NCBI GenBank assembly: GCA_000004695.1
Contig: CM000152.2
Location: 2,784,001 to 2,848,000, forward strand
DNA: 64,000 nt
From: Dictyostelium discoideum
Lineage: Eukaryota
Direction of reading: 5' to 3'
In this document: piece by piece, positions 32,140 to 46,538 of the stretch
How positions within the stretch are numbered: the stretch's first letter is position 1
Layout of the letters: each line of letters opens with the position of its first letter
Position numbers and translations under genes: made by a program
Notes under the pieces: model-generated
What the model saw: the letters and a program-made list of their open reading frames with translations, nothing else
Databases searched by the model: none
Told to the model about the DNA's origin: nothing

Positions 32140-32612
32140 TTTATTTCTTGTATTAATTGATCGTTATCCCTCAGATTATCTTGAGTACCAAATTTATTTT
32201 CGACCAAATCTTAATTTTTACAATGGACAAAATGGATTTTTTTGGGGGTTATTTTTATTTTATTTTTTTTTCGAAAAAAATTGTGGAAAAAAAAAAGTGA
32301 GTTGTACCAATTATGAAAATAAAAATCTAATAAGTGGTTCTGGATATTTGGAATTTAGTTTTTTAGTAATAAAAAATAAATAAAAAAAAATAAAAATCAA
32401 TATAAATTTATTTCTTGTATTAATTGACCGTTATCCCTCAGATTTTCTTGAGTACCAAATATATTTTCGTCCAAATCTTAATTTTTGTAATGGACAAAAT
32501 GGATATTTTGTGGTGGTTGTTTTTTTTTTTTTTTTAATTAAAAAATTATGGAAAAAAAAAAGTGAGTTGTACCAATTCCGAATAAAAATATCTGATCAGT
32601 GGTTCAGAAAAA
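32140..32612. repeat. Tandem direct duplication of a complex (not low-complexity) sequence unit. There are two copies with a period of 268 bp and about 85-90% identity.
   Basis: Copy A runs about 32140..32345 and copy B about 32408..32612. Both start tttatttcttgtattaattga[t/c]cgttatccctcagatt[a/t]tcttgagtaccaaat and both end with ...aaaaaaaaaagtgagttgtaccaatt. No conserved ORF is present: a 30-codon ATGGACAAAATGGAT... frame exists in copy A only. Confidence 0.85.
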
Positions 32613-33182
32613 ATAAAAAAAAAATTTTATTTTAATTTTTTTATTTTATTTTATTTTTTTAATTTTTTTTTTTATTTTTTATTTTTTATTTTTTATTTTA
32701 TTTTATTTTATTTTTATTTTTTTTATTTTATTTGAATAATTATTTATAATTATTTAATTTGTAGAACTTCCTTTTTTTATTTTTTTTATAATAATATAAA
32801 AAAAGGGAAAAAAAGAAAAATTATTTTATTATTAAATATCTTAGATATTAAAATTTTATTTTTTATTTTTATACAATTTTGAGAATTATTAATAATAAAA
32901 TTTTTATTTTTTTATTATATTCAAGTAATTGAAAAATATCTTTTTATTAAGATTGATTGGTGATCATTATTGTTCAACGCATTCAAAAAAAAAAAAAATA
33001 TTTTGTGTAAAGATATTTTTTTATCTTTTCATTTACCATTGGTTTTTTAATCAGATTTTTATTTCCCAATTTTTTATTTTTTTTTAATTTTTTATTTTGG
33101 TGCAAGTTTTGGCAATTGTTTTTTTTTACTCCAAATTCAAACAGTACTTTTTTTAAAAAAATGATTTTTATTTTTATTTTAA

Positions 33183-33214
<32 letters not shown>

Positions 33215-33296
33215 ATAAATAAATAAATAAAATAAATAAATAAAAAAAAAAAAAAAATATAATTTATTTATTTAAAAATAAATAATAAATTCATAA

Positions 33297-34056
33297 ATGA
33301 AGTTTTTTAAATTGAATTTTTTATTTTATATTTTTTTTATTTTATTATTGGTTGTTAATAATATTCCACAAGTTAATTGTATAGTAAAGAATTTTATTTC
33401 TGTAAATGGTCAATGGGGCACAACATCAAATTGGGCTGATGGAATAATTCCAACAAATGCTGATACTGTTTATATTAGTAATTCAAATAACCAAACTTGT
33501 TTTAGTTCCAATGTTAAAATTGTATCCAATCGTACCATTGTCGGTGATGGTAGTTTAAAAGGAATAGTTTTACAAATTGATAATTATGGTTTCCAATTTC
33601 AAAGATTAAGTATCCAACAAGGTGGAAGAGTATTTTTAGGAATTAAAGGTGACCCAACAACACTTGGTTCTTCATATGATTCTGATGTTGAGATTATTTT
33701 TATTTATGGTGAATTGGATATTAAAGGAACTTTCAAAAAATCATCAAGTGCAAAATATAAAAATACTACAATTCAACTATATCAAGGTTCAGAATTCATT
33801 ATTGATAATAGCCAATTTGAAAGTTATTTAATTAATTCAATTCAAACTTCAACAATATCATTCCAAACTGGAACAAAAGCAACAATGTATGGTCTTATTG
33901 CTGATGCTGGAACTTTTGTTGGTGTTGGTAATAGTAGTATCATCATTAAAGATAATCCAGTTGGTAGAAGTACATTCTTTAATAGTTCAGCTCAACTTTC
34001 TGTTAGAAATTCATCATTTGAATGTCATGATATTTCAAATATAGCTGTAAATATTC

Positions 34057-34115
<59 letters not shown>

Positions 34116-34169
34116 TATTATTATTATTATTTATTATTATTATATTTATTATTATTTTACTTAAGTAAA

Positions 34170-34242
<73 letters not shown>

Positions 34243-36496
34243 AAAAAAAAGGGAGATTCTGAATTTTTCTTTTCTAAAAAATCAAATGTATCATTTATAG
34301 ATGATTCAAATGATTCATTTAATGAAATTGGATTATATGTTGATAGTTCATCAATTTTTATTCAAGATCATACAAATTTTTATTGTGAAAAATTTATTGG
34401 TAATTTTGATAGTTATATTCAATTTGAGAATGGTTCAGTTGGTTTTATTAACAATGATTACTATTTAAATGGTGAATCAATTTTAGTAGTAAAACAATCA
34501 ACACTTACTCTAAACCATACATTAAAAGCAAGTGATGATTCTTGGGTTTATGTTTTACAAGGATCAGTTGTTAATATTAAGAATAATGTTTTAATTAGCA
34601 AAAATGGTTTGATTAGTGGATATCAATCTAAATTTGAAATCACTGGAAAGGAATCAACTGAAAAATTATATTTCCTATTAGAAGATCAAGGTCAATTATA
34701 TTTCTATGATCAATCAACTGTAATTTTAGAATCAAATTTACAAGCAGCAGGAAATTCAGTTGTTGCTTTCAATCATACATATACTAATTTCAATTCAAAT
34801 ATAACCTTTTTTGATACATCATCATTAATTGGTAGAAATTTTAGTACTATTGCATTAGATAATAATTTAGTTATGGTAGATAACTCAAGTATGTATTTGG
34901 AAAATTCTGATCTTACAATTAGTGGTTCAATTGTTTTCAATGATAATGCATTCCTTACAATGAGACAATCATCATGTAAAGTTAATGGATTTTTCTCTGA
35001 TTATACTTCACCAATTAAAAAATATTATCTTGCAATTATAAATTCACAATTTAATATTGATGGTTTTTTCTTTAGTGTAAGTTTTATTTTTATTTTAATT
35101 ATTTATAAAAAAAAAAATAATAATAATTAATTAAATTTTTATTTTTTTATTTTTATTTTTATTTTTAAAGTCTGGTAATATTTTAATTTCAAGTTCAACA
35201 TTAGAATGTAATAATGAATTTAAAATTGTTGGAGGTTTAAGAACTGATAATGGATCACATATTATTGTTTCAAATGGTAATTTTTCAATTGATGGTCGTA
35301 TTAGAATTAATGATACTACAATTGAATTAAAGAATGGTATTTTAGAATTTAGTGAATCATCAAATTCAATTCTTTTTAATTCAACAATTATTTTAGATAG
35401 AGGTGATATGAAAATTAAAGTTGGATCAACATTAGAACTTTTAAATACTAAATTGATAAATAAAAATGCCAATATGAATATCAATGGTAATATTTATATT
35501 AATACCAATAGTAGTATGACAAATGGTGCCAACTTTAAATTAAATTCAAATATTCTTCCATTGAATAATTCTGGTACTGAAGAGTTTGATAATCAAGGTT
35601 ACTTTGATATTGTAAAGGGTGCAAATGAATCAATTATTATGGTTCCAGTTAGAAATAGTGGTACAATTAATGTTGGTAGAGAAACTACAATTATTTCATT
35701 CACTTCAACCAATGGTACTATAATTGTTAATCCAAATGCAACTCTTCATTCAAATAACACTTTTATAATTTCAAATAGTAGTGTACAAGGTAGTGGTGTA
35801 ATTAATTCATCAATTTCATCAAATGGTGGATCAAGTTATGGTAACGATACAATCACAAACTTGGATATTAATGGTAATTTAGAATCAAATGAAGATGAAT
35901 TTATATTTACATTGGATGGTAAAAACTCTACAACTATTAATATTGGTAATAATGCAACCATTACAAATGCTACTTTAATCATTAGAGTTAGTAATGATAT
36001 TGTAAATTCAACCCAAAATACAACATTGGTAACAAGTTCAAATTTGGATGCAACCTTTTCAAAAATTGTTTTTCAATCATATGATCCAGAAACTGGAATT
36101 CAAAAACAATTGGATGATTGTGCTCATAAAATTAAAAATGATAAAGGTACTCTTGGATTATTATTAAATTCAAATGCTAAACAATGTGTAATAGTTTCCA
36201 CTACAAGTAGTGGTACAGGTGGTGGCACAGGTGGTGGTACAGGTGGTAGTACAGGTGGTGGTACAAGTGGTAGTACAGGTGGAGGTACAGGTGGTACAGG
36301 TGGAGGTACAGGCCAAACTGTTGTGGTTGTTGAAGAAGATCAAAAGAGCTCATTAAGTGCTGGTGCAATTGCTGGTATTATTGTAGGTATCGTTTGTGTT
36401 GCTGGTATTGTTGGTGTAATTATTCATTTCAGAAATAAATTACCATCTGCTCAAAGATTAACTTTCAAATTAAAGAATCTTAGTGATAAACCTTAA
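33297..36496 (+). CDS. Type I transmembrane glycoprotein of about 967 aa. It has a signal peptide, a large Asn/Ser/Thr-rich extracellular region with many N-x-S/T sequons (a beta-helix-like repeat feel), a (GTGG)n spacer, a single TM helix and a short cytosolic tail. Three exons: 33297..34046, 34252..35076 and 35171..36496.
   Basis: The ORF starts at a true ATG at 33297, and the signal peptide is MKFFKLNFLFYIFFILLLVVNNIPQVNC. The track splits the gene into 4 ORFs. Intron 1 (GTAAAT at 34047 to ...AAAAAG at 34251) contains an (ATT)n repeat and a 53-nt poly(T). Intron 2 runs GTAAGT at 35077 to TTTAAAG at 35170. All phases are 0. The C-terminus reads GTGGGTGGGTGGSTGG...AIAGIIVGIVCVAGIVGVIIHFRNK. 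Confidence 0.75.
34186..34238. repeat. Poly(T) run of 53 nt inside intron 1 of the 33297..36496 gene, preceded by an (ATT)n microsatellite at 34060-34150.
   Basis: It is read directly in the sequence. Confidence 0.9.
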
Positions 36497-36884
36497 AAAT
36501 TTTAAGATTCTAATTATTTATTTAAAAAAAAAAAAAAAAAAAAAAAAAATTAAATTAAATAAAAAACTAATTGTAATTATATCACCATAATTATTTTTCA
36601 CTCCCATAATTTGTAATATTTAATTTTTACTATTTTAATATTAGTAAAAGATTAAAATTTTTTACAATACTAAAAAAAACAAATCGGGTTAAAATTTTAT
36701 TTTTAGAATAAAAAAAAAAAAAAAAAAAAAAATTAATATTAAAACTAAAATTAAAAAAAAAAAAAATAATTAGAGCTTACTATGAAAACTAAAAAAAACT
36801 ATAAATGATGTAACTATGGATTTAAAATTATTAAATCTTTTTTTTTTTTAAAAAAAAAAATGATTAACTAAATTTTAAACATAT

Positions 36885-36922
<38 letters not shown>

Positions 36923-36923
<1 letters not shown>

Positions 36924-37597
36924 TGGAAGTTTTAAATAATTGGTTATCAAATAAATGTTCATTAAAAGATATAAATAAATACTTTTTTGGTATTAGAGAT
37001 AAAAACAATAATTTAAATTATAAATTAATGGAAAGAGAATATGAATATTTAAGTTTTAAATATAATGGTATAATTCCAAAAGAAATTTTAGAAAAATGTA
37101 GTGATAGAATTGGTATACCAATGGATTATTTATTAAATAGAGGATTATGTGAAACTGCATTTTTTCATTTAAAATTAAAAAATGATAAAAAAATGGCAAA
37201 AAGGTATTTTAGAGTAGCAATAAAATTCAATTCAGCCGAAGCATCATTTGGTATGTCTTTATTGTATTGTGAAGAAAATAATATCGAAAAAGCAATAAAG
37301 TATGGTGAAAAATCAGCACTTGAACCACCAATGATTAAATTAATAAATCAAGATAAACTTTATCCAAACTATAGAGTTCATGAAGCTCAATATCAAACTG
37401 GTCATTTATATGCAAAATTCAAAAAAGATTTTACAAAATGTTTTTGTTTTTATTTATTATCAGCAGAAAGTGGTAATATTAGAGGAAATTATTTAATTAG
37501 TTGTATGTATAAAAAAGGTGTTGGTTGTGAAAAAAATGAAGAATTTAGTAAAAAATATTTATTAAAAGCAACTTCTTTAGTTAAATGTAAATGTTAA
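36923..37597 (+). CDS. Sel1-like repeat (HCP-like / TPR-related) protein of 224 aa in a single exon.
   Basis: The ORF starts at a true ATG at 36923. The C-terminal half shows Sel1-like repeats (AQYQTGHLYAKFKKDFTKCFCFYLLSAESGNIRGNYLISCMYKKGVGCEKNEEFSKKYLLKA). Confidence 0.75.
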
Positions 37598-37633
37598 AAA
37601 TAAAATAAAATAAAATTAAAAACCTTTTTTTTT

Positions 37634-39688
<2,055 letters not shown>

Positions 39689-39692
39689 TTGG

Positions 39693-39726
<34 letters not shown>

Positions 39727-39864
39727 AAATTAAATAAAAATAAATAAAAACAAAGTTTTTTTTTAAAAAAAAAAAAAAAGCTTTTTGCGGATATTATTTT
39801 TCTTTTATTTTTTAACAAATATTATTTTTTTTTTTATTTTTTATGAAATTTCATAAATATAAAA

Positions 39865-40446
39865 ATGTCAAATGTATTATTCTTTTCATATTTTCTAAAA
39901 ATAAATAATTTATACTTTAATTTTAATACTAAAAATTAATAATAAATAATTATTTTAAAAAAAAAAAAAAAAAAATAAAAACAAAAAAAGAAAGAAGAAG
40001 AAAAAGAAAAAGAAAGATTTAGTGAAGAATACATTGAAAACGCAAAAACTCAAATTAATAAATTATTTTTTGATAGAATTGGTGGATTAATTGGATTCTC
40101 TGATCAAGATAACAATCAAGATATAAATCATAAAAATACATTAAATTTAAACTATCAAGAACGTGAAGAAGAAGATGATGATGAAGAAGAAACAACTCAA
40201 ACTGTAAATGTATATTCAACTATTGGTATTAATAATAATAATAACATCAATAAAACCTTTAAAATAAATGATAACGAAACCATTATAATTAATAATAATA
40301 ATAATGATAATGATAATAATAATAAAGAGAAAGAAGATAATGATGAAAAAGAATATCAAAGAATTAAATCTGAATATATTAAAATTTCAAAAAGATATTT
40401 TGAATTAAAAGAAAAAAGAATAATTAAAAAAAGGAATAAAGAATAA
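39865..40446 (+). CDS. Speculative small acidic protein of about 155 aa. The proposed structure is join(39865..39873,39991..40446).
   Basis: An open frame of about 150 codons with coding-like codon usage (KERFSEEYIENAKTQINKLFFDRIGGLIGFSDQDNN...EEEDDDEEETTQ...EYQRIKSEYIKISKRYFELKEKR) has no start codon and is absent from the ORF track. An in-frame ATG at 39865 is followed by a weak donor (GTATTA). A ...AAAAAG acceptor at 39989-39990 would join it in phase 0. The model is weak. Confidence 0.25.
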
Positions 40447-40516
40447 AAAAAATAAAAAAACTATTATTATTATTTGTTAAAGTATTATTTTATTTTTTAT
40501 TTTATTTTATTTTATT

Positions 40517-42676
40517 TTAATTATAAACTGCTTTTTGATAAACTAAATTATCAATGATTGAAGTAAAATATTCTTCAGTTTTTAAAGGTTTTGGATCAGA
40601 AGTATTATTTAAATAAATTTCTTTATGATTTCTAATCATTGTATTAATTAATTCAAAAGTTGAATCTTCAACAGGATATTTACCAGCAAAAGTTGCTAAA
40701 TATTTCATTTCCAATATGAAATGTTGTAAACCACCATAACCGAAAACCAAATTTGAAGTAGATTCGAATCTATTTGAAATGATATTAACGATTTCAGAGA
40801 TGATTCTAGAGGCAATTGGTAAAACACTTTCAACATTGACATTGGTTTGAATTGATTCAGCCAATCTATCCAAAGCTTCTGATAAAACAATAAAATTCTT
40901 TGGAAATGGGTCCAACTCTTCCTCGACTTGATATTCTTGTTCTTCCCAATTCATACTATTATCCACCAATTCCAATGCTTTTCTAGTTGAATATTGGTCT
41001 CTAATTGACTCGAAATAACTATACAACAATGACGATAACTGAGTTAGGTTATTTAATTTCTCACCTGTTGCATCTTCGAATCTAGTTGCAATTCTTGATA
41101 CTAAATCATCGACAATATAAACTGAATCACTAATGATCGCCAAACATTGAGTATCTGATAAATATTCTTTTTGAATTTCATTTTTTAAATAACTCATATA
41201 ATCTTTGAAAATACTACCAAGTGATTGAGAAATCACTGGTATCAAATCAATTGTAATAATTTGACAAATATCAATTGCAAACTTTTGAATTATTGTATTT
41301 AAAAATATAGTACTTGATGTTAATTTTAATCTACCTTGATCAATATCTTCCATATTATTTAAATTATCTTGATGCATTTGTTGAAATGTTAATCCAATTT
41401 TTTTATTACCACCACCACTATTAAAATTATTATTAATTATTGGTGATTGATAATTATTATTATTATTACTATTATTATTACTAATACCACTACCACCACT
41501 ATTTGGAGTACCACTATTTTTTAATGATGATGGTAATGAATTTAATTGTGATTTTACTTCATAATCCCAATTTGAAACACCATTCCATTTTTCATCCATT
41601 AATTGATGTAACATACTATCTCTAATCTTTATTTCATAATTTACAATTAATTGTTCAACATGTGGTTGTAATAATAAATTCCAATAAAATCCAATTGATA
41701 AACCAGTTTGATCCATCTATATTTATTAAAATAAAATAAAATAAAATAAAGGTTAATAAATTATTTATTTATATATATATATGTAAATTGTTGTTCTTTT
41801 TTTTTTTTTTTGTTTTTTTAATATTACCATTTCACAATGTGATTCAATAATTCTAATTGCTTGAGAAATTGAATAAAAATTATCTAAAATAAAAACTTGT
41901 CTATTAAAAATATCAGAAATTAATACTAATTCTTCAATGATCCAAGAAACTAAACCAGAATTCATATAAGAAGGAAATGAATTTGTGAAATCATTACAAG
42001 TTGAATTGATTGAATTAAAGATAACTCTAGCCAATTCACCAATGAATCTATTTAAATCACCACTAAAAACAATCTTTTTAATAGCTTGATTAATTGAATG
42101 ACTTCTACTCTCTAAAAATATTGATTTCGCTTTATCATTTTGTGATAATCTAACTAGTAACGAAATTGTATCTTTAATTTGATTAGCTTTTAATAATGGG
42201 CTTCTTAATTCATTCATTAATTTATCTGTTAATATTTTAACTTTATTCTCAATTTGATCTTTTAATGGATGTGTTTGCATTACAATTTCAACTTTTGGAT
42301 TTGATTCATAAATTTTATTAACTTTTTTTAAAAAAAATAAAAATAAAAAATAAAAAAAAAGTATTAATAAATTAAATTTATAATTTATTATTATTATTAT
42401 TATAATAATAGAATATTATAATTATACTTTTTTCAACTAAACCAACAGCAACTTCAAATTCTCTTTGTTCAATTGAAACTGATAATTCATTTGGAGCAGT
42501 AGTTAACCATTGAATTGGTTCAGTTGCAGGTGATAATGGTTCGAAATCAATTTTACCACTTTTTTTAACTTTATAATGATCCCAACTAATTGATATATTT
42601 TGTAATGATGACATAACATTACCATAATCTGATATTAAATTTCTAAAATCTAACATATCAACTTCAGAATCTAAAA

Positions 42677-42711
<35 letters not shown>

Positions 42712-43436
42712 AAAAATAAATAAACAAATAAATAAATAAATAAATAAATAAATAAAAAATAAATATTAATAAATTTAAAGAGAGAGAAGAAAAAAAAAAA
42801 GTTTTTTTAAAACTTACTTGCAATTTCTTTTGAAGCACCAATAAATATTAAATGATTTTTATATACATCCTTTTTTAAATGATCAATACATCCTAATTTT
42901 CGATTTTCTAAATATTGTAAATGAACAGTTGCTTGTTGATCAGTTTTATGTGTAAATAAATCATTAACATCTATATATATATATATATATATATACAATT
43001 ATTATTTTGATATTAGTATATGATGAATGAATGAATGAATGAATTAATAAATGAATGAATGAATGAATGAATGATTACATTTTTCAGAATTAAAATTTGA
43101 AGATAAAAAAGTTTCATATTGTACTGGATTATCTTCTTTTTTATTTTGTTCAGTTTCTTTTTTATTTGGAAATTCACCCCAACGATAAACAGTTTTCTTT
43201 TTATCGGTATGTGTGCATGTTACAGTTTGTTCTTTTAGATCGATTGAAATTTTAATTGAAGTTTTTTGTGTCGTCATTAAATTTAATGGTCCTACCCATT
43301 CTCTATACATAAATTTTACAATATAATGTCCATTAGATTTGATATCAACACATTCTATATCATTATAATTTACTGATGATGATACTGTTGATAAATTTGT
43401 ATCGATTTTTAATGGATATGTTACACCTTTTTTCAT
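40517..43436 (-). CDS. Vesicle-tethering complex subunit of the Exo84/Vps51/Dor1 family, most likely exocyst Exo84, about 815 aa. Five exons: complement(43079..43436), complement(42818..42970), complement(42428..42670), complement(41828..42321) and complement(40517..41716).
   Basis: The spliced product reads ...[14 protein letters not shown]|Y|[50 protein letters not shown]|N|[23 protein letters not shown]...[17 protein letters not shown]|I|NKIYESNPK.... This matches the family N-terminal motif (FDPE.Y...LK+.VY.NY..FI..S+EIS.LE.EM..L and AQRDFEGAVDLLDK in human EXOC8). Donors are GTAATC, GTAAGT, GTATAA and GTAATA. Introns are 106-147 nt and all phases are consistent (1,1,1,0). Intron 1 carries (TA)n and (CATT)n repeats, and intron 2 carries (AAAT)n. 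The sequence is equally compatible with a Vps51 identity. Confidence 0.75.
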
Positions 43437-43620
43437 TTTTATATTAAAAATAAACTATACCGCTATATATCTCTCTCTCCTTTATCTATCTATCTATCTA
43501 TATTATTCTTATTCTTATTTACACCTGTCTACAATTTAATTTTTTGAAAAAAAAAAAAAAAAAAAAAAAAAACAATAAATTAAAATTTTATGCTGGTGGA
43601 AAAAAAAAAAAAAATTATGG

Positions 43621-43678
<58 letters not shown>

Positions 43679-43798
43679 CTTTTCTAATCAAAAACTTTAT
43701 TAATAATTTAGAATTTAATTATTTATCATTCATTTTTTATAATTGTTTTTTTTATAAATTTAATTTTTATTTGATTTAATTTTTTTTTTTTTTTTTTT

Positions 43799-43879
43799 TT
43801 ATATATTATAATTTAAAGTTTGTTCAGTTTGATAAACTTGTACTTGATTATTATTATTATTATAATTATTATTATTATA

Positions 43880-43920
<41 letters not shown>

Positions 43921-44197
43921 TACTATTATTACTATTATTATTATTATTACTATTATTATAGTTATTATTAAAATTATTTTCAATAATAGAATTATTATTA
44001 TTGTATGCCATATTATTTAATATTGTAAAATATGGTGCAATTGCATTTGGTGAAGTTGGTACTAAAATCCATTGATGTGTATTATTAGTGAAATTTGTTA
44101 AAATTGGTGATCCTTTTGGTGCTTTTGGATATATAATTAAAATCTATTATTTTTTTTAAAAATAAATAATAAAAAATAGAAATAATAAAAAATAATT

Positions 44198-44239
<42 letters not shown>

Positions 44240-44704
44240 ATAATAATAATTTAATAATTAAACATACATTAATTAATGGTGAAGAATCATTATTAAAATC
44301 ATCAGAATTTTCAAAACAATAAGAAATTGTTATACCTCTTGAATTATAAATACTTGAATATTTATGAACCATAATATTTAAATCATTATATAGATGAGTA
44401 TAATAATGAGATCTTTTCTTTGAATATAAAATAGCAGCAGGTATAATTAAAATGAATCCAATTAAAGCAATTAATAAAATGGTACTAACCAATAAGAATA
44501 TTAATTGTTTTTTAATATCAATCTTTCTAACTAATACAGTATTAAATTCTCTAATCATTGATTGATATTCACTCTCTAACATGAAATTATATAAATCTTT
44601 ATCATAATTTGTATCTTTAAAACCATAAAAATTATCATCTTTTAATCCATTTGTTTTTCTTTCACTATTATTATAATTTATTTTTGTTTTACAATAATTT
44701 ATAA

Positions 44705-44735
<31 letters not shown>

Positions 44736-45409
44736 GTTTAAAATTGGAGTTTTATCATTAATTTTATTCGATTTTTTTGATTTATTAAATTTATTTGATT
44801 GTGATGATGATAAATAAAGTTGATCAAAATTTATTAAATCCAATGGTGCTGGTGGTAATACTAAAATATTTCTACCTTCTGGTGAAACTATAAAATCACC
44901 AACAATTTCTTTTTTTGGTTGTTCATCTTGATAACTAATTATTAATTCTAACTTTTGCATTTTTCTAATTTTACTTGTAAATTTAAATGAAAATGTAACA
45001 TTTCTACATTTTATTAATTCATTAATTTGTTTTAAACAATTATCAAAATCTCTTTCAAACTAAAATTTTTTTTTTTTTTTTTTAAAAAAATAAAAGGTAT
45101 GTTAATTATTTTTATTTTTATTTTAAAAAAAAAAAAAAAAAAACATACTCTATTTTTATAAAGTGATGAACGAAAAAGTTCAAAAATTAATGCAATTAAA
45201 AAAGGTAATAAACCAAAAATTGCAAAGATAATCATATAAAGAATATAACTTTTATAATCTCTTTGAGTTTTTAAATTTATATAATCAATTATTTGTGTGT
45301 ATTCTATAATTGGTAATGAAGAATATAACTCTTCTGGGTATGATTTATCAAAACCTGAAAAGTTATGACCAATACTATGTTTTGGTAAAATTTTAATTTG
45401 TCTAACCAT
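43799..45409 (-). CDS. Hypothetical membrane protein of about 465 aa with two predicted TM helices and an N-rich C-terminal tail. Three exons: complement(45149..45409), complement(44268..45059) and complement(43799..44143).
   Basis: The ORF has a true ATG at 45407-45409. The donors are GTATGT (after ...LYKNR) and GTATGT (after ...SPLIN). The acceptors are TTTTAG and AATAATAG. All phases are 0. The last exon ends in an (AAT)n-encoded poly-N tract; the track misreads it as a separate 70-aa ORF and as a spurious poly-I ORF on the opposite strand. TM1 is YILYMIIFAIFGLLPFLIALIFELF and TM2 is LIFLLVSTILLIALIGFILIIPAAIL. Confidence 0.65.
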
Positions 45410-45764
45410 GGCCTTATTTTTTTATTGTTAAAAATAAAATGAATTATTATTATTGTTTTTATTTTGTTGGGTGGTATTGTTTAAAAAAAAAGATATTTTC
45501 GAAATCTTGCGGGTTTTTGTATTTTTTTTTTTTTTTTTTTTTATTTTTTTTTTTTTTTTTTTTTTTTAGAATGAATTTTTAAGATATGTTAATTATTATT
45601 TTATCACCCATATTTTCAATTCCCAAACACCTAAAAAAAATAAAAAAATAAAATATCTTTTTATAATAATAATATTAAAAAAAAAAAAAAAAACTCTTTT
45701 TATAATAATTCTAATTATTATTTTTATTTTTATTAATTTTATTTTTATTTTTATTTTTTTTTAT

Positions 45765-46413
45765 TTATACATCTTTATATTCATTAATTGTATGTCTACT
45801 TCTTGAGAATTGATTATTTATAAATAACCAATCAGTTAATTTATTTTGAGTATCATTTAAGTAAATATATGGAACAATTAATGGGGTTGGATTATTTGCA
45901 AATAATAAAACTGTAATATAATGATAGCCTTTTTTAACTGGACATTCAGTTGATTCACTAACCATAATTTGAGAAACTTTATCAAAATCAAAATTTGTAT
46001 TTAATTCCATTCTATTTAAAATTACACCATTTTCTTCTTTAATTATACCTGCATTCTTTACATCAACTGGAATTGATTTTGATCCCATTCTATTTATACG
46101 TCTCTATAATGTTTATTATAATTTTTTATTTTTTATTTATTAGTTTTTAAACAAGAAATAATAAAAAATATTTTTATTTTTATTTTTATTTTTAAGTATT
46201 AAAAAAAGAAAAGAAAAAAAAAAAAATTACTTTTTCTTTATTTAATTGATCTTTCATCCAAACTACAACATTTCTTTCAATTACATCATCAAATTCACCA
46301 CCATTCTTTTTATCAGATACAATTTCACCTAATGAGCTTGGTGTATTTTGGTTGGTTTCCTCAATTTGTGTCTCTGTATTAGTTGTTGTGGTGGTATTTA
46401 ATTGTTCTGACAT
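45765..46413 (-). CDS. Conserved-looking hypothetical protein of 173 aa. Two exons, complement(46231..46413) and complement(45765..46103).
   Basis: The ORF has a true ATG at 46411-46413. A GTAATT donor follows ...DQLNKEK, and a CATTATAG acceptor precedes RRINRMGSKSIPVDVKNAG.... The 127-nt intron is in phase 0. I recognise no family. Confidence 0.65.
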
Positions 46414-46505
46414 TGTTGAGATTTTTTAAATTAAAAAAAAAAAAAAAAATGAAAATATAAAAAAAAAAACGAACGACAATTTTTTCTTTTTTTTTATTTT
46501 TTATA

Positions 46506-46538
<33 letters not shown>

